Positions 10,123 through 21,071 of a DNA stretch of 64,000 bases are shown here, piece by piece. The stretch lies in the NCBI GenBank assembly GCA_963706955.1, contig CAVPOC010000003.1, positions 512,001 to 576,000 of the forward strand, written 5' to 3'. Made by a program: the position numbers and the translations under genes. The DNA is from an uncultured Verrucomicrobiae bacterium (lineage in GTDB: Bacteria > Verrucomicrobiota > Verrucomicrobiia > Chthoniobacterales > Terrimicrobiaceae). Each line of letters starts with the position of its first letter. The first letter of the stretch is position 1. Under the pieces are notes generated by a model that searched no databases, was not told where the DNA came from, and worked only from the letters and a program-made list of their open reading frames with translations.

Positions 10123-13100
10123 AAAAGGTAAAAGCCCCTTACGTGGGCATTCGGCCATTCGAAAAGGAGGACTGGCCGATCTTCTTTGGACGGGAATCTT
10201 TGTCCAACGAACTGCTTTATAAACTGGAGACCAACCGGTTCGTCGCCGTCGTCGGCTCGAGCGGTTCGGGAAAGTCCTCCGTTGTCAAAGCCGGACTCCT
10301 CCCTCTCCTGGAGGATCATAAAGTGATGAGGCGAGCAGAAGAGTGGCTTACTCTGCTCTGCCGTCCCGGAGATGATCCCTGCGGTTCGTTAGCCCGGCGA
10401 TTGGTCGCGGCAAGCTGGCAAATAAAGGGTGCCCCTGATACGGAGCAGGCGTCCATAACTGTGGATCTAATGCGCGCCAGGCTGCGCACCAGTGATCGTG
10501 GGATTATTCCGGTTCTGGAGGACTTCGACCTGCCCACTACCACGCATATCCTCATCGTTGTCGACCAGTTCGAGGAGTTGTTTGGATTCAGGGAAGCCGG
10601 CGCGAGCGACCCGAGTGCTCAAGAGGAAGCTGAACGCTTCGTCACCTGTCTGCTCGACTCGTGCAAGGAGCCAATCCAGCCGATCTCCTCAAAATTGCCT
10701 GCTAGTCTGGCACAGCGCATCTGGGTGGTCCTAACGATGCGGTCGGATTTCATCGGCAATTGCGAGATCTTCCCTGCACTTTCAAAAAAAGTGAGCGAGA
10801 GTCAGTTCCTCGTTCCTATCCTCGATCCCGAGCAGAAGAGGAAGGCCATCATTCGTCCCTCGCTTGCTAGCGAGATAGAGGCAGCCGACTACAGTCCTTT
10901 TAGCTTCGAGGATGGTTTGGTCTCCATTATTGTTAACGAATCGGGCACCCGCATCGATCAGTTGCCCCTCATGCAGCATGCTCTCATGCGCACTTGGACA
11001 AGCGCCGTCCGACGTCCCACTGAGGCGAACGTTCAAGCAATTAACCTGACCGAAAACGACTATGACTCGATCGGTCGCATCGATAAGGCACTCTCTCAAC
11101 ATGCGGAGGCTGCCTTCGCTGAGCTCACCACTGATGACACCGGCGGACGCAACGCCGCTATCGCTCGCCGACTCTTCCTTCTGCTGTGTGATGTCTCCCA
11201 GGAGGGAAAGATCACCCGCCGTCGACCGACAGTCGGTGAAGTGATGGAGGTTGCCCAAGCTTCTCTTGAGGAGGTCAAGAGCGTCGTGGAAGCATTCCAG
11301 AGAGACCACCGCAATTTCATCATTACACGACCCCCCGGTGAAGAGTTCAGCGCGAGCACCCGGCTCGATGTCAGCCATGAGGCTCTCCTTCGCCAATGGA
11401 GCATGCTCAACTCAAGCGAGGGTTCCCTCGAATCTCCCCCAGCGCTCGAAGGAAATGGTGGGAAGTCGCAGCTCAACAGACTCTGGGACTCCATCAAGAA
11501 GTGGCTTCTCATCCAGACTGGCCACCAACGAACTCCCGACCACCAGAGGGTTCCGCGCGGTTGGCTGTCGGAGGAAAGGGACGCCGCCACCGAGCTTCTT
11601 CACTTACGGCAAGACTGCGAACTCCATGCGCAGGGGCGTGGCGACCTTCTCGACATGATTGCTCTGTCTCGGGTGGAAGAGTGGCGAAAATCCACCCAAC
11701 CTTCGGAGCCTTGGGCTCAACGATATCTCGAGGGCAACGGAACATGGGAAGACATCGAAGAATTCATATCCCAAAGCAATGCCGATGTTACCATGGCGCG
11801 ACGTGTTGCTTGGGGAAGTCTAATGCTTATCACGTTAACCTTAGTCACCGTTACAGTGATCGCGATTTCTTCGGCCGCGGCGTCTAGAGCACATGCGCAA
11901 AAGATAAGCGAATTGCGAAAACCGTGGGATCAGCTGCGCGACAAGCAACTCGCAGAAGCCGACATCAAACTCCGAAATAGTGCGACCGGGAAAGTGGATG
12001 CGATGCGTCATTTTATAAACGCCTTGCGAGCCGATCCAAGGTCCGTCGAGACCGCTCGCTTCATATGCAGGTCGTTGGCGCAAGATTCTTGGCTTCGTCC
12101 GCTCACCCCAAGTATTATGGCCCCGGCCGAGACGTCGCTGCTTTGTGCCAGCATTGGGCCGAACAGGAGGATTTATGCTGTAAGCCGCAACGGCTACTTG
12201 CTGGCTCAAAAGGGGAACCAAGCCGCCTTCGAGCAAATACAAGCTCTGATGCCTTCGCTAGTTGTAGAGGCTAAAGGTGCATCGTCGAACGATAGGGTGA
12301 CGCCAGATCCTCGTCCCGGAAAGTTGGTTCGCGTATCCACGGCAAACAACACCAAGCCACCGTCCTCGGATAGCCCAAGCAGCTCCGAAACCGTTGGAAG
12401 CGCGCCCACCGTTGCCCTGCAAGCCGCAGCGTTTTCGAATGACGGAACACGTGTTGCGATTGTCCACGCCGCTTCTAACGAGCAAGACAAAGGCCCCATA
12501 CTGGCAGTATGGAAATGGTCTCAGACAAACTACGTTCGGGTGGCCGTGAGCAATGTCCCCAACTGGTCATCCTTTCGAGTGACGTGGTCGCCAGATGGGC
12601 AAGGATTTATACTCAGTCGATGGGATAGCCCCAGGTGCATCTTATATCGACTTGAAGGGCAGAACTACGATTGTCAGCTCAGACGCAAAGACTTCCCTCC
12701 GGTCTCCATCCAGGCCACGGCTTTCAGTCCTGATGGAAAATTGATAGCCGCCGTCGTTGCTGATCATTCGAGCGAAATTGCAATGTTCGACGCCTACACG
12801 GGTGAGTTTCTTGCCCAAAGGACAATACGCTTAGCAAAGCCGCTGTCTGCAAAGGTCAACCAAATCTTGTTCGGTCCCGGTCTGAACGAGCTCACCTTTG
12901 CGGCGGACTCGTCGGCCGAGATTGTTAACTTAGAGACCGGCAGGATATCACGAGCCGTCCGCACGGGGACTGATGACCGAATAACGCGAATGGCCATGTC
13001 TTCACCGACGCTCGAACAGGGACAGGCGGATTGCGCTCATTGCCGGAGGTCGTATCCATGCCTACTCCGTGGCGGACCTCGACCAGCGCATTGGAGAGCC

Positions 13101-13458
13101 AATTAAGCTAAAAGGACCTATCGGATTCGGATCGTTTGAGACCGACGGCGAACGCCTGCTTACCTGGTCCGGGGTGTGGGGCTCATTCAACGCGGTCCGA
13201 TTGTGGTCCGTTGAGCCTGTTCAAGCGATCGATTGGAAAGATGAGAACCTTGACGATCCAGATAAAGTCCTCCGTTGGTTGCCCGATCTCGCCGAAGCGG
13301 TGACTGGACATGGCGAAAGCTCCGACGAGGATGCCGACCTCTTCCCAGACGTGCCTACATTAGAACACTTTGCGGCAAAGTATCCGGACGAACCTCTTCC
13401 ATCCCAATACAAACAGCTCTGGGCCCGATTTCTGGAACCAATAGGACGTCCAAAATGA
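10119..13458 (+). CDS. nSTAND1-type STAND NTPase with TM helix and C-terminal WD40-like propeller (frameshift near 13020)
   Basis: PYVGIRPF..FFGRE, Walker A GSSGSGKSS, Walker B IVVDQFEE, TMRSDF, LPLMQHAL, SHEALLRQW, a TM segment, then AFSNDG/WSPDG/FSPDG repeats. ORF 13069-13458 continues the propeller after a frame change. Confidence 0.85.
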
Positions 13459-13513
13459 GAAATGTTTCCATGCCCGCCAAATACGACCTGAACACCTAAG
13501 TCACACTGATCCC

Positions 13514-14041
13514 ATGCCCGCCCCATCACACCGTCCCGGACTCGGCGCGAACGCTTACGATGGCGGAGTCAGCTTCCGCTTCTGGGTTCCCTTCGCGAAT
13601 AGGGTCGAAATTATCGGAATTGGAACCTGGACGCCGCCTGGAATCGCCCTTGCCTCCGAAGGTAACGGCTACTGGTCCGCCGACATCAACGGAATCACGA
13701 TGGGGCAGAAATGCAAGGTGCTCGTCAACGGTCTCTGGCGCATGGATCCGCGCGCTCGTGACGTTACGAGTTCAACCGGGAACTGCATTGTAGATAACAC
13801 CTCCTTCGCTTGGAAACATGATTTCGGGATGCCCGGCTGGAACCGGGCCTACCCAGAATACCGCGTCGGGTTTCCTCGCGCCGGACAGTGGTGGGTTCGC
13901 TTCAACAGCGACTGGAATGGCTACAGCCCAGACTTCGGAAATTTCCACAGCTACGACACGACGGCAGACGGAAGCGCTCTGCAGATGCCTTTCCGGCAAC
14001 ATTGGCCTCGGTCCTACACTGCTGTCATTCTCTCTCAATAG
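13514..14041 (+). pseudogene. Glycogen-branching/GH13 enzyme lacking its catalytic barrel (CBM48 fused in frame to C-terminal beta domain)
   Basis: GA..YDGGVSFRFW.PFA..V (CBM48) and DPRARDV..., joined at PGWN|RAY (about 13843) to YRVGFPRAGQWWVRFNSD...YTAVILSQ (amylase C domain). Confidence 0.75.
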
Positions 14042-14083
14042 CTTTAGCCGCAGAGTGCAGCGTCTGAGATCGCCTTCGCAGGA

Positions 14084-16144
14084 ATGAGCGCGAAACCGTC
14101 CAACTTACAGATGAAAAGGCAACCGCTCCTTGTGCACCTGCTGTTTCATCCCGGCTCGGCTTCTTCCCGGGAACTCGCCTCTCAAGTGCATCGCCAACTT
14201 AACGGTGATCTGATTATGCCGGGTCTCCGAGTGCCGACCGTTTTTTGTCCGCACGGAGAGGATAGTGGCCCACCGACCGGTCTTCGACTTGACTTTGCGG
14301 AACGCAATTTCCTCGTCGTGCTGGCGGATGATCGCTTGAGCATCGACGACGCATGGTGCGGGTTCGTGGCAGAGACATGGATGAACGCGCAACCTCCCGG
14401 CGCGCGTTTTGTCCCCATCCAGCTTTCCGAATCCGCGTGGCCGCTTGATCCGCGACTGCAGGGACTTGCCTTTGCCAAAGCCTTTCTGCAACCCGCCGGC
14501 GACGCTCGTCGCGCCTTCGTCGTCCGACGGATTGTTGTCGAGCTTTGCCGTTATTTGGCCAACTTGGAGCCGGTTGCAGAAAGCCAGTTTGAAGCACCGA
14601 TTACGGTCTTTGTCAGTCACGCGAAAGCCGACATCGAAAAGGAGCCGAAAGTAACTGCGCGCCTCATTGAAGCTTTGCAGCAGGATCAGCCCATCGAAGC
14701 GTGGGTCGATTCGGGGGATATCGCAGCGGGCTCGAAATTTGCCGACGCCATCGAAGGTGGAGTCAGGCGGACTTCGTTACTTGCCGTTCTAACGGATACC
14801 TACGCAACGCGCGAATGGTGTCGCGAAGAAATTCTCCTCGCCAAGGAGTATCAGCGCCCGGTGGTGGTGATCGACGCCCTTTCCAGCCACGAAGTTCGCA
14901 GCTTTCCGTATCTGGGCAACGTCCCGCGCCTTCGCTGGGCTGGAGATCCCCAAAAGGGAATTGATTTGCTGCTCAAGGAAACATTGCGCCACTTGCATGC
15001 GACTTCTCTGCTCGCGCAATGCAAGCAGCCGGACGACAACATCTTCACACGACCCCCTGAATTGGCAACTGTGGTGGGACTCGATCCGAAGGTCACCGTG
15101 CTTTATCCCGACCCACCGGTGGGCGTAGGCGAAGCGAGACGATTGGCGAAAGCGAAAATACCTGTGGTCACCCCCTTTCAACGCCTCGCTGCCGAGCAGT
15201 CCCTCAAAGGCCAGCCGATCGCACTTTCAATGTCCGAAAGCACGGACATCGCCCGTTATGGTTTCGATGCTCTCCACATCGAAGGGTGCATGCTCGATCT
15301 CTCGCGCTATCTGCTCATCAAAGGGGCGACCCTTGCCTACGGCGGAAACTTGGGCGCGGAAAGTTACACCCAAAAACTCTTCGAATTGGTTCGCACCCAT
15401 AACGGGCTCGAGGATGTTCGGCCGTTCGAACGGATCGTTAACCACCGTGGATGGCCGCTGCCACGCCTTCGCGTGGAAGACTTGGCTAAGCTCAACCAGG
15501 TTTCTAAAACAGTTCACCTGCCGCGCCCCTCCGATCTCGATGAAACCTTGCATCCAGACTTCGTCAGCGAGCCCACCTACTTTCCTTTCGACGAGTCTCC
15601 CGAACACCGCTTTGCCTGGGCGCGCGGGATGACCGAGATGCGCGCATTCCAATCTGACCGCCCTCGCAGCGGCATCGTCGCGCGGATCGTCCTCGGCGGG
15701 ACATATGGTCCTACCACGAAGGTTTCCGAGGATGGCACTCGCAAAGAGCAGCAGTGGTGTGCGAGCCGCATACCCGGAGTGCTCGAAGAAATCTTCCTTT
15801 CGGTGCTGAGGGAGCAGCCAGTTTTCCTCATCGGAGCGTTTGGCGGCGTCGCCCGAATGACCATTGATTTGATCAGAGGCAAGGATCGACTCGAAGCATC
15901 GTGGGACTACCAAAAACGCGCACCATTTTCAGCCGAGATGAAAGCACTTTACAACCAGCGCGGGGTGGAGTGGATGGACTATTCGGAAATCATTTCTTTC
16001 CTCCGTCAAAAAGGAATGGCTGGAATCAATCCGCTTCTTAGCCAAGAAGAGCAAGAGGAGCTCTTTGAGACAGTCGATCAGGGCCGAATCATCCAACTTG
16101 TCCTCCTCGGATTGGGGCGAGTGTCAGTAAGAGTTGAACGTTGA
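14084..16144 (+). CDS. TIR-SLOG fusion protein (TIR-like N-domain, TIR, SLOG)
   Basis: TIR VFVSHAKAD...WVDSGDI..G..F..AIE...TDTYATREWCREE...RSFPYLGNVP. SLOG IALSMSES..LLIKGATLAYGG..MR..ARIVLGG..PGVLEE..PVFLIGAFGG. Confidence 0.8.
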   Translation: MSAKPSNLQMKRQPLLVHLLFHPGSASSRELASQVHRQLNGDLIMPGLRVPTVFCPHGEDSGPPTGLRLDFAERNFLVVLADDRLSIDDAWCGFVAETWMNAQPPGARFVPIQLSESAWPLDPRLQGLAFAKAFLQPAGDARRAFVVRRIVVELCRYLANLEPVAESQFEAPITVFVSHAKADIEKEPKVTARLIEALQQDQPIEAWVDSGDIAAGSKFADAIEGGVRRTSLLAVLTDTYATREWCREEILLAKEYQRPVVVIDALSSHEVRSFPYLGNVPRLRWAGDPQKGIDLLLKETLRHLHATSLLAQCKQPDDNIFTRPPELATVVGLDPKVTVLYPDPPVGVGEARRLAKAKIPVVTPFQRLAAEQSLKGQPIALSMSESTDIARYGFDALHIEGCMLDLSRYLLIKGATLAYGGNLGAESYTQKLFELVRTHNGLEDVRPFERIVNHRGWPLPRLRVEDLAKLNQVSKTVHLPRPSDLDETLHPDFVSEPTYFPFDESPEHRFAWARGMTEMRAFQSDRPRSGIVARIVLGGTYGPTTKVSEDGTRKEQQWCASRIPGVLEEIFLSVLREQPVFLIGAFGGVARMTIDLIRGKDRLEASWDYQKRAPFSAEMKALYNQRGVEWMDYSEIISFLRQKGMAGINPLLSQEEQEELFETVDQGRIIQLVLLGLGRVSVRVER

Positions 16145-16864
16145 GAGTTCTTGGAGCAAGCCCCAGCTTGCAGACAAGGCTCTTACATCAGGATCGCCCG
16201 ACGACAATTGTGGCGGCGATGTTCTCATCGCCGAAGTTCAAGTTAGTCTCCTACAGAAGAGGCGTTGGCGACCTCTGTTTATTACTTTCATGGTTGGAGG
16301 CTTCGACGACACTCGTAGCTGGGACTCGCAGGATATTTGAGGGGCATTCACACTAGAAAAAGGCCTTCAATTCCATGCGAGCATAACCGCGACTTCCGAG
16401 TGCGCCTGTGCTCGATCGTCGAACTTAGACACCTGGCGCTGCCGCGACTCGCGGTGGCGCTTTTCCATTATGGTAGCGCCAACTTTGCAGCATGACCGAA
16501 AGCAATCGCAGGGACTATGTGATGTGCATCGTAAGGGCTCGGTTTGAGAGCAGCGTTCGAGAACTGCACCCAAGTCGCCTTTTCGTCAAACTAATGCCTT
16601 GCTGTAGCGGCGGTGTCCCCACCGTCGCTTGGGGCTTTTAGTAAAAGCGGATCGACCTGAAGGGCCCATGTCAGCGCGCGGTGCTAATGGTTGCGCGTCG
16701 ATAGTTGAAGGCCGGATCATCCCTGACTGCATTAGGCCCTACCGCTACCGAAAACCCACGTTCAGCAGCTCGAGATTCAACGAATTTGATCGAATATCAA
16801 GTCCGTGCAAATCTGCGAAATCTGTGGACCCCTTCAGCGGTTCGATACCCGGATCGCGTTTTGG

Positions 16865-17158
16865 TCAAACCCAGCGGAAGACGGCCAGAGCGAAAACGAG
16901 CGCGAGGACAAGTCCTCCCCACAGGGGAGTGCCAATAATTCCGAGCCAAGCCAGCAGTATGAAAGCGCTACCGAGCAGCGAAATGAAGAGCCGGTCGCCA
17001 CGCGTCGTATCCAAGCCCAGAACACCGTGCCGTGGATTCCCGCCTGGCGAATACCATTCCCATATCGACATGGCGACCAGGGCCAGCGATATGAAAACAA
17101 AGAACGCCGCCGTTGGCCACGTCCATGCCATCCATGAGAGACCAGTTGTGCCGTCCAC
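16865..17158 (-). CDS. glpU: DUF2160-family small membrane subunit of glycerol-type ABC transporter
   Basis: WMAWTWPTA..F and RHGVL.LDTTRGDRLFISLLGSAFI; last gene of the ABC operon. Confidence 0.8.
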   Translation of the reverse strand: MDGTTGLSWMAWTWPTAAFFVFISLALVAMSIWEWYSPGGNPRHGVLGLDTTRGDRLFISLLGSAFILLAWLGIIGTPLWGGLVLALVFALAVFRWV

Positions 17159-17170
17159 GTGTCCTCCTCT

Positions 17171-17968
17171 CTAGACGCGCCCGAGCGCGAATCCTTTCGC
17201 AATGTAGTTGCGCACGAAATAGATGACGAACGCTCCCGGCACGATGGTCAGGACACCGGCAGCAGCAAGCAGCCCGAGCTCGTAGCCCGACGTGCTCGCC
17301 GTTCGCGTCATTGTTGCCGCGATCGGCTTGGCCTCCACCGAGGTCAACGTCTTGGCGAGAAGCAGTTCTACCCAGGAGAACATGAAACAGAAAAAACAGG
17401 CGACACCGATTCCGGCAGCGATTGTCGGAATGAAGATTTTCACGAAAAATCGCCAGAAGGAGTAACCGTCGACATAGGCGGTTTCATCCAGTTCCTTCGG
17501 CACCCCCGACATGAAGCCCTCCAGAATCCAGACCGCTAAGGGAATGTTGAACAACGTATGGGCGAGCGCGACAGCGATGTGCGTGTCGAACAACCCTACG
17601 GCGGAATAGAGCTGAAGGAATGGCAGCGCGAAAACCGCGGGCGGGGCCATTCGGTTGGACAAAAGCCAGAAGAACAGATGCTTGTCGCCGAGGAAACGGT
17701 AGCGTGAAAATGCATAGGCGGCCGGCAGTGCAACCGAAACCGAAAGCGCCGTATTGATCAGCACATAAATAAGCGAATTGATGTAACCCCAATACCATGT
17801 CGGGTCGGTGAAAATTTTGGCGTAATTGTCGAAGGTGAAGTTCCGCGGCCACAAGGTAAACTGCCCGAGAATCTCGTTGGTCGTCTTGAACGACATGTTC
17901 AAGAGCCAATAGATCGGCAGCATAAGGAACAGGATGTAGACCAACGGCACTAAGTAGCGTAGCCGCAT
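17171..17968 (-). CDS. glpQ: Carbohydrate ABC transporter permease
   Basis: EAA loop VPKELDETAYVDG; hydrophobic helices; operon context. Confidence 0.85.
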   Translation of the reverse strand: MRLRYLVPLVYILFLMLPIYWLLNMSFKTTNEILGQFTLWPRNFTFDNYAKIFTDPTWYWGYINSLIYVLINTALSVSVALPAAYAFSRYRFLGDKHLFFWLLSNRMAPPAVFALPFLQLYSAVGLFDTHIAVALAHTLFNIPLAVWILEGFMSGVPKELDETAYVDGYSFWRFFVKIFIPTIAAGIGVACFFCFMFSWVELLLAKTLTSVEAKPIAATMTRTASTSGYELGLLAAAGVLTIVPGAFVIYFVRNYIAKGFALGRV

Positions 17969-18832
17969 TTATCTCTCCTCCTTTCGCATCATGAGCGTGT
18001 AGAAGAGCCAGCTGAAGAACATTATAACCAGAAAATAGATCAGCGACATCGCGGCTGCGGGGCCGAGATCAAACTGCCCGAGCGCCATCTTCACGAGATC
18101 GATCGACAGGAATGTTGTTGCATTCCCCGGCCCTCCGCCGGTCAGGACGACGACTTCAGTATAGATCATGAACGAATCCATGAAGCGTAGAAGAACTGCA
18201 ATCGTCAGCACGTGCTTGAGCTTGGGCAGCTGGATATGACGAAAGACCGCCCACCGGCCCGCACCATCGATCTTTGCAGCCTGGTAATAAGCGTCCGGAA
18301 TAGCGACCAAACCTGCATAGCAGAGGAGGGTGACCAGCGACGTCCAGTGCCACACATCCATGAGCACGACAGTGAACCAGGCGCCGAGTGGCTGTCGTGT
18401 GTAGTTGTAATGGAAGCCGAGCGAATTAATCAGCTTGCCGAGAAAGCCGATGTCTGGGAGGGCGAAGATGTTCCACATGGCGCCAACCACGTTCCACGGG
18501 ATAAGCAACGGCAGCGCCATGAAAACGAGGCAGACCGATACCCACGGCCCCCGCCGCGGCATTGCCAGCGCGATGGCGAGTCCCAGGGGAATCTGGATCG
18601 CCAGGACTATTCCGGTGAACAAGAGCTGCCTGAGCAGGGCAGCGTGGAAGCGGTCGGAATGCAGCACCTGTTCGAACCACCGCATGCCCGCCCAAAAGAA
18701 CACATTGTCGCCGAAACTTTCCTGAACTGAAAAATTGACGACCGTCATCAGTGGAATGATGGCGTTGAAGGCCACCAATACCACGACCGGCAGCACGAAT
18801 ACCCAGGCTTTATGATTGAGGGTCTTGTTCAC
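17969..18832 (-). CDS. glpP: Carbohydrate ABC transporter permease
   Basis: DVWHWTSLV, IPDAYYQAAKIDGA, LLRFMDSF. Confidence 0.85.
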   Translation of the reverse strand: MNKTLNHKAWVFVLPVVVLVAFNAIIPLMTVVNFSVQESFGDNVFFWAGMRWFEQVLHSDRFHAALLRQLLFTGIVLAIQIPLGLAIALAMPRRGPWVSVCLVFMALPLLIPWNVVGAMWNIFALPDIGFLGKLINSLGFHYNYTRQPLGAWFTVVLMDVWHWTSLVTLLCYAGLVAIPDAYYQAAKIDGAGRWAVFRHIQLPKLKHVLTIAVLLRFMDSFMIYTEVVVLTGGGPGNATTFLSIDLVKMALGQFDLGPAAAMSLIYFLVIMFFSWLFYTLMMRKEER

Positions 18833-18839
18833 TCCGTTC

Positions 18840-19905
18840 TTAGGCGATCATCCACCCCTCTTCATAGACTTGTGTGTGGGCTGGATCGAAATGGACATGT
18901 GCCGCGGAAGCAGGGATCTCCGTACCTTCCGGAACCAGCAGCTTGATTGAATGACGCGCATGCTTCGTCTCGACGATGCGAAAACGTCCAGCATCCGAAA
19001 CCTTGATCACATCGACTGGAAGGCCCGTGGCGGTAAAGCTTACGAATTCGGGCCTGACACCAAGCTCCAGATGTTTTTCCCCGCTTCGTCTTGGCCTCCA
19101 CTGTTTTGACGGCGTGCTCACCAATGAATGCCTGGCCCGACTTTATCTCGCAGGGAAGGACATTCATGCCCGGCGAACCGATGAAATGCCCGACGAACGT
19201 ATGGCGCGGGTGCTCGAACAATTCTACTGGCGTGCCGATCTGCACGATCAGGCCATCTTTCATGACAACCACTTGTTCCGCAAAGGTCAGCGCTTCCGTC
19301 TGGTCGTGCGTGACATAGATCATGGTTCGGCGTGTTCTATGATGAAGTTCCTTCAGCTTCGAGCGAAGCTGCCACTTTAGATGTGGATCGATAACCGTCA
19401 GCGGCTCATCGAACATAATGACGTTTACGTCCGTTCGCACCAGTCCTCGGCCAAGCGAAATCTTTTGCTTTCCATCAGCCGTTAAGCCCGCAGCGCGCCG
19501 ATCGAGAACCTTATCGAGTTCGAGCAATTTGGCAATTTCTCCGACCCGCCTTTCTACTTCCGGCTTCTCAATTCGCCGGTTGCGCAGGGGAAAAGCTAGA
19601 TTGTCGTGAATGCTCATCGTGTCGTAGATCACTGGGAACTGAAAAACCTGCGCGATGTTGCGCTTTTCGGGAGTCGCTTCCGTGACGTCGCGCTCGTCGA
19701 AGAAAATACGCCCTTCGGTCGGTCGCAGCAGGCCCGAGATCAGGCTGAGCAGTGTCGTCTTTCCGCAGCCCGAGGGTCCAAGAAGCGCATAGGCACCCCC
19801 GTCTCGGCATTCCAGTGAGATCCTTTTGAGTGCCCAGTCGTCCTCGCGCGTCGGTTTCGCGACATAGCTGTGGCGGAGATCCCTGATCGAAATCTTGGCC
19901 ATCAC
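18840..19905 (-). CDS. glpT: ABC transporter ATP-binding protein (frameshift near 19080)
   Basis: GPSGCGKT, LTADGKQK, DEPLTVIDPH. The C-terminal TOBE part (LGVRPEFV...) is in a different frame after a G/A homopolymer. Confidence 0.85.
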
Positions 19906-20975
19906 TCTCCTCCGCCGACGAATTTGCCGCTCTGGTCGAAGAAGAAGGCCCGATCAACATCGACGTGCAGCGTGGCGACCGAGCCCACGTCGAAGGGATG
20001 GATTCCATGCGATTGCGAAACCCACGTTTGCCCATTCATGTCAAAGTGGATGACGCTTTCGGAGCCAGACAGCTCTGTAACGAGCACGCGACCAGTCATG
20101 ACCGAAGAGCTTTTCTTTTGCGGCGCAGGCGTAATATGGTGCGGTCTAATTCCGATCGTATAGAACCCGTCCGGCAGATTCTGCCCCTTTTCACCGACCG
20201 GCCATTTGACCGTCTCGGTCAGGATAATCGAATTTTCCCGCTTCTCCACTGGCGCTGTATTGAGGGGTGGGTCGGAAAAGACCCTGGCACTGGTTAGGTC
20301 GGATGGCCGGCGGTAAATCCGCGAGGTGGGCCCAAACTGCGTCACCCTTCCTTCGTGGAGGGTTGCTGTGTTGCCTCCGAAGAGCAGCGCCTCCATCGGT
20401 TCCGTCGTGGCATAGACGACCATCCGCTTTCGGCCGAGGAACAGCTTCGGCAGCTCATCGCGCATTTCCTCGCGCAGCTTGTAATCAAGATTGGCGAGAG
20501 GTTCGTCGAGAAGAATCAGATCCGAATCCTTCACGATTGCTCGCGCGATGGCTGTTCTCTGCTGCTGACCGCCGGAGAGCTCCATCGGTTTGCGCTCAAG
20601 CATCGGTGTAAGCCTGAGCAAATCCGCCGCACTGCGCACGCGTTTGTCGATCTCGGTCTTTTCCAAGCCAGCGACGCGCAGAGGCGAGGCGATGTTCTCG
20701 TAGACAGTGAAATTCGAATAGTTGATGAATTGCTGATAGACCATCGAGACGTTCCGCTTTTGCACGGGAACGCCCGTCACATCTTTGCCATCGTTGAGAA
20801 TCGATCCTGATGTCGGAGCTTGGATGCCGGCCATCAGGCGCATCAGGGTCGTCTTGCCGGCGAGTGTGCTTCCGAGAAGGATGTTGAAAGTGCCTTCCTC
20901 GATGACCAGGTTAGTTTCGTGAATGTGGACTTCGGCGCCTACACGCTTCGTGACATTTTTCAATTCAAGCGGCAT
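19902..20975 (-). CDS. glpS: ABC transporter ATP-binding protein
   Basis: GSTLAGKTT, LSGGQQQR, DEPLANLDYKLRE, VYATTEP. Confidence 0.88.
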   Translation of the reverse strand: MPLELKNVTKRVGAEVHIHETNLVIEEGTFNILLGSTLAGKTTLMRLMAGIQAPTSGSILNDGKDVTGVPVQKRNVSMVYQQFINYSNFTVYENIASPLRVAGLEKTEIDKRVRSAADLLRLTPMLERKPMELSGGQQQRTAIARAIVKDSDLILLDEPLANLDYKLREEMRDELPKLFLGRKRMVVYATTEPMEALLFGGNTATLHEGRVTQFGPTSRIYRRPSDLTSARVFSDPPLNTAPVEKRENSIILTETVKWPVGEKGQNLPDGFYTIGIRPHHITPAPQKKSSSVMTGRVLVTELSGSESVIHFDMNGQTWVSQSHGIHPFDVGSVATLHVDVDRAFFFDQSGKFVGGGE

Positions 20976-21024
20976 GTCGCCTGGCAGTCCTCAACGATGC
21001 TTTGCTGGGGCCACTTTAGCCGCT

Positions 21025-21060
21025 GACTCCGGGTCGCGCCAGTGGCGCGCGCCCGGAGTC
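21025..21060 (-). terminator. GC-rich stem-loop after the substrate-binding-protein gene (terminator or mRNA stabiliser)
   Basis: GACTCCGGG.CGCGCCA / TGGCGCG..CCCGGAGTC inverted repeat between SBP and ATPase genes. Confidence 0.5.
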
Positions 21061-21071
21061 GGAGAAGGAAG

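Noticed and set aside
16134..16573. Small ORFs after TIR-SLOG as a possible effector gene
   Set aside because: Short overlapping ORFs with no recognisable motif or clear RBS; cannot be supported.
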